DNA of 64,000 nucleotides from an uncultured bacterium (GTDB lineage Bacteria; Cyanobacteriota; Vampirovibrionia; Gastranaerophilales; Gastranaerophilaceae): NCBI GenBank assembly GCA_902765215.1, contig CACWZA010000011.1, positions 10,897 to 74,896 of the forward strand, read 5' to 3'. Shown piece by piece: positions 37,971 to 45,967 of this stretch (position 1 is its first letter; each line of letters starts with the position of its first letter). The notes under the pieces were generated by a model. It saw only the letters and a program-made list of their open reading frames with translations, ran no database searches and was not told where the DNA came from. The position numbers and the translations under genes were made by a program.

Positions 37971-38374
37971 TTAATTGGATAGAATATTTAGAAATAGATA
38001 ATAAATATATTGGTAAAGATGTCTATAAAAAGTGTATCAAATTTATTTTTTTATGGATAAATTACAACCATTACTATAATGAACATTATAAAAAAGAAGA
38101 TAACCCAAAATATAAAGATGAAAAAGAACGGGCAAAAGCATTTGATTTACCTGAAGTCAAAGAAAAGTATGAAAGATTAAAAAACAAGTTTCTTGAAAAA
38201 TTTGTTAAATTACCTAGTAATGAACGATTTAGAGAATATATAGTTAATTTAAAAAATAAACAGCATATTAATTTTGATGAAAATAATTTTCAATTAGAAA
38301 ATTTCTTGGAAACGGTATATCAAATAAGGTGTAATTTGTTTCATGGAGATAAACTTGTAAAGGGCATAATATGA
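37967..38374 (+). CDS. Cytoplasmic 135-aa protein with a C-terminal Rx4H (HEPN-like) motif
   Basis: ...FLETVYQIRCNLFHGDKLVKGII. R-x4-H in a helical context resembles the HEPN RNase motif, but only 8 residues follow the His. Translationally coupled on both sides (ATGA overlaps). Confidence 0.6.
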   Translation: MINWIEYLEIDNKYIGKDVYKKCIKFIFLWINYNHYYNEHYKKEDNPKYKDEKERAKAFDLPEVKEKYERLKNKFLEKFVKLPSNERFREYIVNLKNKQHINFDENNFQLENFLETVYQIRCNLFHGDKLVKGII

Positions 38375-39645
38375 AAAAATTATTAGAAAAAATATGGAAC
38401 TTTGCAAAAGAACATCACATATTTACGATAATAGGTATTTTATCACTTTTTCCTACTTGTTTCGGTGTATATTGTGGTTTTCTTTTAAATATGGCTCATT
38501 ATCCCTATGGTAATTCTGTTTATCATACCAATATGTACACTGACATTTTATTTCATTTTTCCAGTATTATATCTGCTATTTTTATTGTATGTATCGGAAA
38601 AAAATTATTGCAAAAGAAAGACAAAATATGCGAGTTTGCACAACAACATAAACAGTTATTAATAAGTTGTTGGATAAATATTTCGTATTTTATATACATG
38701 AGTCAGATCGATGCATCAGAGATGCTTGCAATTAGACAAGGAGTTTATCCTCCGGAGGCAGATTCTATTGCAATACCGATGTTTTCAATGTTGTTTTATT
38801 TTATAATACTTGGATTTTTTTATTACTGTCTAATGAATGTGTTTTTAAAGAAACTTTATTTGAATGAATTATCGCAAAAGACTACTAAAATAATTGCATA
38901 TACGCTAATTGTTGTTTCACTTATAGGTACCCCCATAACAGCTTATTATTCATATCATGTACTAATATTAGAGATATTAGAAGTTATTTGGATAATGATA
39001 ATGTTATTCATCGTACGTTATAATTCTGAATTATCACAGAACGAAGATACTGAAAGAAAAAATATCAATTTTAGTTGGATACTGTTTATTTCTTTATCTA
39101 TAATTTCCTTTGTATTTTATTTTATCCCAATATTAGGTGATTCAAATTTACCATTTATAGTTGCAATAATACTAACATTTGTCTATACCGATAAGTTGAA
39201 TAATAAATTCAATAATATATTAAATAAAATAAATATTATTTTAAAAAAAATACTCTTAGTATCAATTGCCTTATTAGTATTGATTTGTTTGGGAACGGGA
39301 ACATATATTTTCATAAATGATAATGTTATCCAACCGCGAACAGAATTTCTTAAGAAACACCCTGATGTTAATAAATCAGGATATAAATATATACAAGGTG
39401 TACAAAAAAAGATTAAGAAAAATTGGAAACCATACGATAAAAACAAAGGGGTGATAAAAACCTTTTTCAAAATTAATTCAGATGGCGAAGTATATTCAAT
39501 AAAAATAATAGAATCAAACACATCAAAAAATAACGAAGATAAAGCTATCGAAGCAATTAAAAAATCCGCACCGTTTAAACCTTTGCCAAAAGATTTAAAT
39601 AAAGACGGATATGTTGATATAGAATTTACATTTGATTATAAATAA
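38371..39645 (+). CDS. Polytopic membrane protein with a C-terminal TonB_C-like domain
   Basis: 424 aa with about 8-9 TM spans. The C-terminus IKKNWKPYDK..GVIKTFFKINSDGEVYSIKIIESN...NEDKAIEAIKKSAPFKPLP......VDIEFTFDY has the TonB C-terminal domain pattern. Confidence 0.7.
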   Translation: MKKLLEKIWNFAKEHHIFTIIGILSLFPTCFGVYCGFLLNMAHYPYGNSVYHTNMYTDILFHFSSIISAIFIVCIGKKLLQKKDKICEFAQQHKQLLISCWINISYFIYMSQIDASEMLAIRQGVYPPEADSIAIPMFSMLFYFIILGFFYYCLMNVFLKKLYLNELSQKTTKIIAYTLIVVSLIGTPITAYYSYHVLILEILEVIWIMIMLFIVRYNSELSQNEDTERKNINFSWILFISLSIISFVFYFIPILGDSNLPFIVAIILTFVYTDKLNNKFNNILNKINIILKKILLVSIALLVLICLGTGTYIFINDNVIQPRTEFLKKHPDVNKSGYKYIQGVQKKIKKNWKPYDKNKGVIKTFFKINSDGEVYSIKIIESNTSKNNEDKAIEAIKKSAPFKPLPKDLNKDGYVDIEFTFDYK

Positions 39646-39657
39646 GGAGAATATACT

Positions 39658-39906
39658 ATGAAAAAATTATTAGTTTTAGTTTTTATATTATCAATTATGC
39701 CGATTGCACACGCAACGCATGTGAGAGGTCATTACAGAAGTAACGGAACCTATGTTACTCCATACAACAGAACGAGAGCAAATTATACAAAAATAGATAA
39801 CTATTCCACAAGAGGAAATTATAATCCATACACCGGCAGACGAGGGAATGTAAACCCACATAGTTACTCAAATACTTATCGAACAAGGTCATATAAAAAA
39901 TTATAA
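39658..39906 (+). CDS. Small secreted Y/N/R-rich protein (82 aa)
   Basis: Signal peptide MKKLLVLVFILSIMPIAHA, then HVRGHYRSNGTYVTPYNR...NYSTRGNYNPYTGRRGN, a widespread small-protein motif. SD aaggag upstream. Confidence 0.7.
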   Translation: MKKLLVLVFILSIMPIAHATHVRGHYRSNGTYVTPYNRTRANYTKIDNYSTRGNYNPYTGRRGNVNPHSYSNTYRTRSYKKL

Positions 39907-40000
39907 AAGTTTTATATATTTCTTAAAATCGTCAATATCTCTGTTATAAATCATCAAATATAGAGTTATTTTACAGTGAGCGTGGAGCAAATCCAAGACA

Positions 40001-40023
40001 ATCCCGCCTTCTCCGAATAAAAC
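40001..40023 (+). repeat. att-like direct repeat, distal copy
   Basis: atcccgccttctccgaataaaac is a 23/23 match to 33843-33865. Confidence 0.8.
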
Positions 40024-40083
40024 TTTCTACTAGCAAAAAATATTTTTATATGCTTTATTATTAATGAAACTCAAGGATACAAT

Positions 40084-41061
40084 ATGCAAGTTTTATCTAT
40101 AAATCAAGCATTGCCTAAATGTTTGGTTACGAACAATACACACAAATCAAACCAACACACCGACAGAAAAATTTCTGTGGGGTATCCTTGCAATGATATA
40201 AATTACCTTATTTTTACAAGCAAATTAAGTGAAAAACCTCAAAAATTATCCGTTGAAATACAAAAAGCTTTTGATTCAAAAGATATAAAAGCAAAGAAAA
40301 ACTATTTCAAAAACCTTGCGGATAATCACAGTCTGATATTAAGAAACTGCAGTGATAACGAATATATCAAGACTGTTCAGGTTCTTTTGGATAATATAAA
40401 ATATGACCGAAAAGAGGGAAAAGATTTGTTTGAAAACCAAATAAATCTCTTATCCGCATCTGTCAGACCAAATGTAGGCATGGAAAAATACATAAACCCT
40501 GACAACTTCAACAAGAACTTCAAAGATTTTATCTATGATGATGACGGCGTTATAAACAAGATTGAAAGAATACTGAAAATAACTACCGCAAAAGATACAA
40601 AACTTGCACTTGATGTTAACTCACATTCAAAGTATCCGATTAATGTTCTGAGTAATTTTGCAAAAACCGATTTTGAGCTTGACGGGGTTAAGATAAAATC
40701 TATGGAAGGGTTTTTACAGTCACTCAAAACCCCAAACAAAGAAGAACAGAAATATATCTGCTCATTAGACGGACTAAAAGCAAAGGGTATGGGCAAAAAA
40801 CTCAATAAACAACGCAACTATGATTTCAAACATCTGTTCTGGCAGGGGAAAAAAATAGACAGAAAAAGCAAAGAATATCAGGAGCTTTTAAAATCGGCAT
40901 ATAATGAGAGATTTAAAAACGATGAAGATTTCAGATTTGCACTTGAGTATACAAAAGATTATGAACTTACACACAAAATCGGAGAAGATGACCCTAAACG
41001 AACTTTATTAACCACAAAAGAGTTTGTGGGCTTACTTAACGGGCTCAGACAGAATATTTAA
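40084..41061 (+). CDS. NADAR (YbiA/DUF1768)-like putative ADP-ribosyl hydrolase with a ~180-aa unknown N-terminal domain
   Basis: 325 aa. Residues ~183-325 read VLSNFAKTDFELDGVKIKSMEGFLQSLK ... RFKNDEDFRFALEYTKDYELTH ... EFVGLLNGLR. They parallel E. coli YbiA FSNFAAWPIKVDGKTWPTSEHYFQAQK ... KFEQHAELRALLLATAPAKLVEH ... LGYLLMELR. Confidence 0.6.
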   Translation: MQVLSINQALPKCLVTNNTHKSNQHTDRKISVGYPCNDINYLIFTSKLSEKPQKLSVEIQKAFDSKDIKAKKNYFKNLADNHSLILRNCSDNEYIKTVQVLLDNIKYDRKEGKDLFENQINLLSASVRPNVGMEKYINPDNFNKNFKDFIYDDDGVINKIERILKITTAKDTKLALDVNSHSKYPINVLSNFAKTDFELDGVKIKSMEGFLQSLKTPNKEEQKYICSLDGLKAKGMGKKLNKQRNYDFKHLFWQGKKIDRKSKEYQELLKSAYNERFKNDEDFRFALEYTKDYELTHKIGEDDPKRTLLTTKEFVGLLNGLRQNI

Positions 41062-42035
41062 TGAAGATATTTCAGGGTTATAAACAAACGCCCGTCCTGT
41101 ATTGAACCTTCAACCAGTTCGTATTCTGATGTGCTCGGAAGCAGCATCTCTTTTTGAGAGAAGAATTTGTTCTTACTTCCTATCATCTTGTTTACATCAA
41201 TACCTTTGCATTTTCCCTCAGTACCGACTATTTTGATAAAACATTTATCTGCATAGTCGTAATCTTTTGTCAGAACCTCCAAATCACTTGTTGTTGAAAA
41301 CAGGTGGTTAGGACAATATTTTACTGACTTAGACGGGTTTTGTTGTTTTTCTATCGCAAGACTCAGCAAACGCTTAATCTCATCTTCGCTCTGTTCCCCT
41401 CTGTATAAGACAGACTCCTGAATACAACCGCTTTGGGAATTTATAAACTTGTTTATTTTCTTTGTATTTTCAAACAAATTATTTTTATCTTTCTCTTTAA
41501 ATACAGCCAGTTTATTAACATATTCTTCAACCATATGTTTTATGGTAGCTTCAGGCTCTAACTTAACCTTGCCGTCTGAAATCTGAAGCAATTCTTCACT
41601 ACCGCGGCACTTAATTGCCTTTTCTGCAGAAATCCCTGCACCGACCATTTCCTCAATCTTTGATATTTCTTCAAACGAATACAAATCGCCTGTCGATTTT
41701 ATCTTTTTTGCAAGTTCTTTATCACCAACACAGTAAAGTGCGTCTTTCATTTCCTGCATAGATTTTTCAAACTCTCTTACATAATGAACACGGTTAAAAA
41801 ACCCTGTATTTGTGAACCCAATCTCTGATTTTTCAGCAACAGGAAGTGTTAAAACCGACTTTGAAAGCTCTGAATCTTTAACAAACATTTTCGCAAGTGT
41901 TTGCGGCGCACAAGACAGCAAATCCGCACCCTGAACAGGAGATTCAACACATTTTAATTCTTTTTTTAAAATGCCCGAGTCCTTTGCAGTGCGAATAATC
42001 AATTCACTGACATTGTTAATGCGCGGTTGTATCAT
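41058..42035 (-). CDS. C3/pierisin-like (R-S-QxE) mono-ADP-ribosyltransferase with a ~195-aa unknown N-terminal domain
   Basis: 325 aa, no signal peptide. VLY-R212-G, F-S247-T-T-S and Q294-K-E296-MLLPSTSEY occur in canonical order and spacing (35 and 47 aa). As I recall the C3 exoenzyme catalytic segment, it reads Q-L-E-VLLPRHSTY. Confidence 0.65.
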   Translation of the reverse strand: MIQPRINNVSELIIRTAKDSGILKKELKCVESPVQGADLLSCAPQTLAKMFVKDSELSKSVLTLPVAEKSEIGFTNTGFFNRVHYVREFEKSMQEMKDALYCVGDKELAKKIKSTGDLYSFEEISKIEEMVGAGISAEKAIKCRGSEELLQISDGKVKLEPEATIKHMVEEYVNKLAVFKEKDKNNLFENTKKINKFINSQSGCIQESVLYRGEQSEDEIKRLLSLAIEKQQNPSKSVKYCPNHLFSTTSDLEVLTKDYDYADKCFIKIVGTEGKCKGIDVNKMIGSKNKFFSQKEMLLPSTSEYELVEGSIQDGRLFITLKYLH

Positions 42036-42209
42036 TTAATAATTCCCAAGATATATCTATATTCTTTAAGTAAATATTTCCGCGTAAATTGACAGTTGAT
42101 TAAAAAAGTTTTACAAATAGACCAAATACAGTAGTTGAAAACATTGCACAAGTGTTTGAAATAATTTAAAATATTAGTAATTAATTAGTTGTAATACAAG
42201 GAGAATTTG

Positions 42210-44585
42210 ATGGCTAAAAAGAAACAAACATCAACCAGAAACACCGTATTTAACAGTTATGAAAGCACTATAGGTTCTGATAAATACATCAACAGTGTAA
42301 CATCAGTTACGGCCACAAAATCTAACCCGAACATTAAGCTCCTTAATTATAATGATTATGTTAAAACAACGGGCAAAACCATTATTGATGATGCCGTAAA
42401 AAACATAACCTTTAAACAGTATGGGGATGATATCAGCGTCAATACGGATAATCTGACGGCAGAAACCGACTACTACATCTACGGTTCACCGCATAAAATG
42501 GTGCTTGATAATATTCAGCAATATAACAACTGCGGGATTGATTCAACCCTTAATGTACTTGTAATGGCAGGTCAGAAAAAAATAACAAACCAAAACTCGG
42601 TTGAAACAGCTTTTACAAAGAACTTATGGAATCTCGGAATTGCCGATGATGACGGCAAAATGGGAGTTTTTGATTTTTACGACGGAGCAACAAACCCGCC
42701 GAGATACAAAGAAATTTTAGAATATTACGGAATAGATTCCGCTATATATTTCCCTGCAGAGGGTGCAGATGCACCGCAGGTTGATGCACTGACCGCAATA
42801 AATTCTATCCGTCAGGGCGGAGCAGCTATTGTCGGAGTGTCATCCGCACTCTTGTGGAAAGGCTCTAAAATTGCAACAACAAACATAACTATTGACCACG
42901 CAATTACTGTTACGGGGGTTATTTATGACACCCCAACCCCGACAATTTCAACGGTTCCCGTTGGGTTATACATACACGACACGGGCGGATGGATAACAAG
43001 ATATATCAGCTGGGATGAGTTTTTGGAAGTAAGCCTTAATTCAAAAACAGATTTAGACGGAAAAACAGATGTTGGCATATTTGCAACCGTTGTATCTGAT
43101 CCGATTAAACAGAACACAGATAATATAAACGCAACGGGAACGAATGATATCAATATTATTTACGGAAACAGCGGTGATAACACCATCAAAGGACTCGGCG
43201 GTGACGATATTCTGTATGGCGGAGCAGGAAACGACAAAATCTACGGCGGAAACGGTGATGATGTAATCTACGGCAGCAGCGACTTAGAACCTGATGCCAT
43301 CGGACGAAATACACTATACGGAGGAAACGGAAACGACAAAATCTACGGCGGAAACTATAACGACCTTATCTATGGCGGAAGCGGTGATGATGAAATCTAC
43401 GGGAACGGAGGGATAGATTCTATCCGTGGCGGAAGCGGTAATGACCACATAGAAGGCGGCGACGGTGATGATTTCTTACAGGGTGAAGCAGGAAATGACG
43501 AAATCCACGGCGGAAAAGGTTGCGATGGTATTGTGGGCGGAGCAGGAAACGATAATTTATACGGTGGAGAAGGCGATGACAGAATAGAGTGCGGAAAAGG
43601 GAACGACAATGTTTATTACTACAGAGGAGACGGTTATGATATAGTCAAATCTTCAGGCGGAAGTGTAACACTTAACCTTTCCGGCGAAAACTCAGCCGTT
43701 GACGAACTTGCATACGAAATCAACACAAAAGCGAACCTTTTTAAGATAGGGTTCTACGACGACGAAGGAAACATAGATCCCAAAGATACTATTGAATACA
43801 GCGGATTCTATAACAAAAAGACGAATAAATGCCAGACTGCGTACTTAAACGACAACACCAACACAAAATACAGAATGACAATAAATAACGCAAAAGGCTC
43901 GATTAAAGTCGCAGATACAAAAGGAAACAACCTTTTGTTTGTGTCAAATACGAATAAAAACACTATAACCACCGGCAATTATGACGATATTGTTTATATG
44001 TTCGGCGGTGACGACACAATAAAATACACAAAAGGGAAAGACACCTATTTCTCTTTTGCCGGAAACAACACATATATTTCAGAACTCACATCAGAGTCTA
44101 ACCTTTCAATAAAAGATTCGACAGGGAAAGGAAGCACCGTAAGTACAAACGACACACTAAAACTGAATACGGATAGCACAGGGCTTTCACTTTTCTTTGA
44201 TATAAAATTTGGCGAAACCCTGAAAACATCTGATAATGTAAATATGTTCATTTTGAGCAGTGATGTATCGGAACAAACAACAACCTACAGAGATATCGTT
44301 CTTGAACGAGACGGGGGCGGATTTGTTTCTGTTTATGACTACTTCAGCTCTGATAAGGACATAGAATCAGAAGACACACACGGGAACGGATATATCGAAA
44401 CCATTCAGGTTAAGAACGGAAACAGTTATGTGAATTACGATGCAGCAAGCAGAATTGATGAAATATGTTCTGCAGTACAAAGCTGGTACACATCATACGG
44501 CGAGGGTTACGATAATGTGTATGAAGCAATCGCCGACACGGAAAACCAACATGTAGCGGAACTTATCGCCGCATATACAAATTAG
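42210..44585 (+). CDS. RTX (hemolysin-type Ca-binding repeat) protein with an N-terminal C39-like papain-fold cysteine peptidase domain
   Basis: ATG 42210 with SD aaggag. QQYNNCGIDSTLNVLVMAG (Gln/Cys), IDHAITVTG (His) and LYIHDTGG (Asp) follow the C39 pattern. Residues ~320-470 are GGxGxD nonapeptides (GLGGDDILYGGAGNDKIYGGNGDDVIYG...). No N-terminal signal peptide, as expected for a T1SS substrate. Confidence 0.75.
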   Translation: MAKKKQTSTRNTVFNSYESTIGSDKYINSVTSVTATKSNPNIKLLNYNDYVKTTGKTIIDDAVKNITFKQYGDDISVNTDNLTAETDYYIYGSPHKMVLDNIQQYNNCGIDSTLNVLVMAGQKKITNQNSVETAFTKNLWNLGIADDDGKMGVFDFYDGATNPPRYKEILEYYGIDSAIYFPAEGADAPQVDALTAINSIRQGGAAIVGVSSALLWKGSKIATTNITIDHAITVTGVIYDTPTPTISTVPVGLYIHDTGGWITRYISWDEFLEVSLNSKTDLDGKTDVGIFATVVSDPIKQNTDNINATGTNDINIIYGNSGDNTIKGLGGDDILYGGAGNDKIYGGNGDDVIYGSSDLEPDAIGRNTLYGGNGNDKIYGGNYNDLIYGGSGDDEIYGNGGIDSIRGGSGNDHIEGGDGDDFLQGEAGNDEIHGGKGCDGIVGGAGNDNLYGGEGDDRIECGKGNDNVYYYRGDGYDIVKSSGGSVTLNLSGENSAVDELAYEINTKANLFKIGFYDDEGNIDPKDTIEYSGFYNKKTNKCQTAYLNDNTNTKYRMTINNAKGSIKVADTKGNNLLFVSNTNKNTITTGNYDDIVYMFGGDDTIKYTKGKDTYFSFAGNNTYISELTSESNLSIKDSTGKGSTVSTNDTLKLNTDSTGLSLFFDIKFGETLKTSDNVNMFILSSDVSEQTTTYRDIVLERDGGGFVSVYDYFSSDKDIESEDTHGNGYIETIQVKNGNSYVNYDAASRIDEICSAVQSWYTSYGEGYDNVYEAIADTENQHVAELIAAYTN

Positions 44586-44684
44586 ATTTAAAATGTGGTA
44601 AAATAAAATTCCATAATTTTAAGGATGTGTTGTAAAAAAATATCCGATATAATTAATTTGTAAATTAAGGGATAAGGAGTTTTT

Positions 44685-45236
44685 ATGAGAATAGTCGCGT
44701 TCACGGGGGCAGGTATATCAAAATCTGCAGGAATACCAACATTTGAAGAAGTTGAGGGGTTGAAGGCAAAACTTTCACTCGACTACAAAAACGCCCACCC
44801 GAAAGAATATCAGGAAACAAGAGATAAAATGATTGATAATATGAGGGATAAAGAACCTACTATCGCTCATAAAGCTTTGGCTGATTTACAGATACCAATT
44901 ATCACAATGAATATAGACTGCCTTCACCAAAAAGCAGGCTCAAGACTTGTTTATCAGATACACGGCAACTATAAATCGGATAATATAGTTCTGTACGGTC
45001 AGGAAATATTGTTCAGAGAAGAATCTATTAATCTTATTGTCCACACTGCCCGTGAGGCAAAGAAGTTTGGGGAAGATTCAATGTTTCTTGTAATAGGTAC
45101 ATCAATGCAAACAGCATTTGCAAACACTCTCGTATGGGTGGCAGAACAAGAAGGAATGGAAATAAGGTTTATAAACGAAAATGCTGATGTTGAAGTTCCG
45201 AAAGTTCTGAAAGAATGTGCATTTTTAAAGGTGTAA
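44685..45236 (+). CDS. Minimal SIR2-family protein (183 aa) lacking the zinc-ribbon module
   Basis: FTGAGISKSAGIPTF, NIDCLHQKAG, YQIHG and VIGTSMQ motifs are present. The normal CxxC...CxxC insert between the catalytic His and the xVxFGE-like strand is replaced by NYKSDNIVLYGQE. Confidence 0.75.
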   Translation: MRIVAFTGAGISKSAGIPTFEEVEGLKAKLSLDYKNAHPKEYQETRDKMIDNMRDKEPTIAHKALADLQIPIITMNIDCLHQKAGSRLVYQIHGNYKSDNIVLYGQEILFREESINLIVHTAREAKKFGEDSMFLVIGTSMQTAFANTLVWVAEQEGMEIRFINENADVEVPKVLKECAFLKV

Positions 45237-45444
45237 GGGGGAAATATATAAATAAAAAAAGACACCGAAGTGTTATTCTTTCTCATTTCCTCCATTGGCT
45301 CATTCTAATATTCACAAATTATGTTATTTCTCCACGCAAAACGTGACATTTAGTCACCTTTTGCTGTCGCCAACGGAGTCCTTCCCCAAGCGTTCCTTGT
45401 GTCCTTACATATATTAAAAGAGGACCTATAAGGTCCTCTTTTAA

Positions 45445-45494
45445 TATATGGTACCCCCAAGCGAATTCGAATCGCTGTCTACACCGTGAAAGGG
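45445..45494 (-). repeat. Displaced 3' fragment of tRNA-Glu (distal att of the integrated element)
   Basis: 50/50 identity to 52547-52596 (tatatggtacccccaagcgaattcgaatcgctgtctacaccgtgaaaggg). It is followed, in the minus sense, by the presumed original tRNA terminator aagaggacc-tataa-ggtcctctt (45416-45442). Confidence 0.85.
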
Positions 45495-45605
45495 AGCGTA
45501 GCACTATTTTTATTGATTTAATTAATTTAATTGAGTTGCGGAAGTTAATAAAATCAACAAATTTTGTTTTGATTAAGTTAATAAATTTAATTGTTTTGAT
45601 TGTTT

Positions 45606-45627
45606 TTGTGACCAATTTGTGACCACT
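45606..45627 (+). repeat. Arm-type site candidate (left arm)
   Basis: ttgtgaccaatttgtgaccact is itself a tandem of TTGTGACCA. It recurs in the same orientation at 52384-52406. Confidence 0.5.
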
Positions 45628-45967
45628 GTCCTTTTTTTTGCTTTAATAATCAATGTTATTTAATACCGTATGTTCAGAGTCAGGCACCTTAATCCTCGCG
45701 TGGGGTACCCCAGAATGAATGGATTATCTTACCAGGAAATTCAAAAATAATTAAAACTGAAAAATGCACGTTTTGAGTAGAAAAAATATCAAATTTCTGC
45801 GGCTTTATTATGTACATTTACACACCTTGAGACAGTCACATGTGTATAAATGAATTCTTCACGGTAAAACATAAAAGTTAAAAATTCACGATTTTAGGAC
45901 AACATTTTAAAAATCATACCGCTATAAAAATTCCCGTAATTTTTAATTAAAATAAAAGGAGTATTAT

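Larger units (their letters stand above)
33858..40023 (+). mobile_element. Integrase-less genomic island (or tandem island remnants) inserted at the 3' end of tRNA-Ser
   Basis: Bounded by exact 23-bp repeats of the tRNA 3' end, with a third partial copy inside. The interior from 34.7 to 39.9 kb is visibly more AT-rich (sampled lines 17-27% GC) than core genes (about 40-48% in sampled lines). Cargo is an XRE regulator plus a one-strand string of small secreted/membrane proteins. No recombinase gene is present. Confidence 0.7.

Noticed and set aside
45384-45392. Possible third, older copy of the tRNA-Glu att (ccccaagcg).
   Set aside because: There is only a 9-nt match with no extended similarity, which is too short to distinguish from chance.
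45319-45615. 98-aa minus ORF downstream of the SIR2 gene.
   Set aside because: It reads straight through the displaced tRNA-Glu fragment, its terminator and the AT-rich arm region of the integrative element, so it is not a plausible gene.
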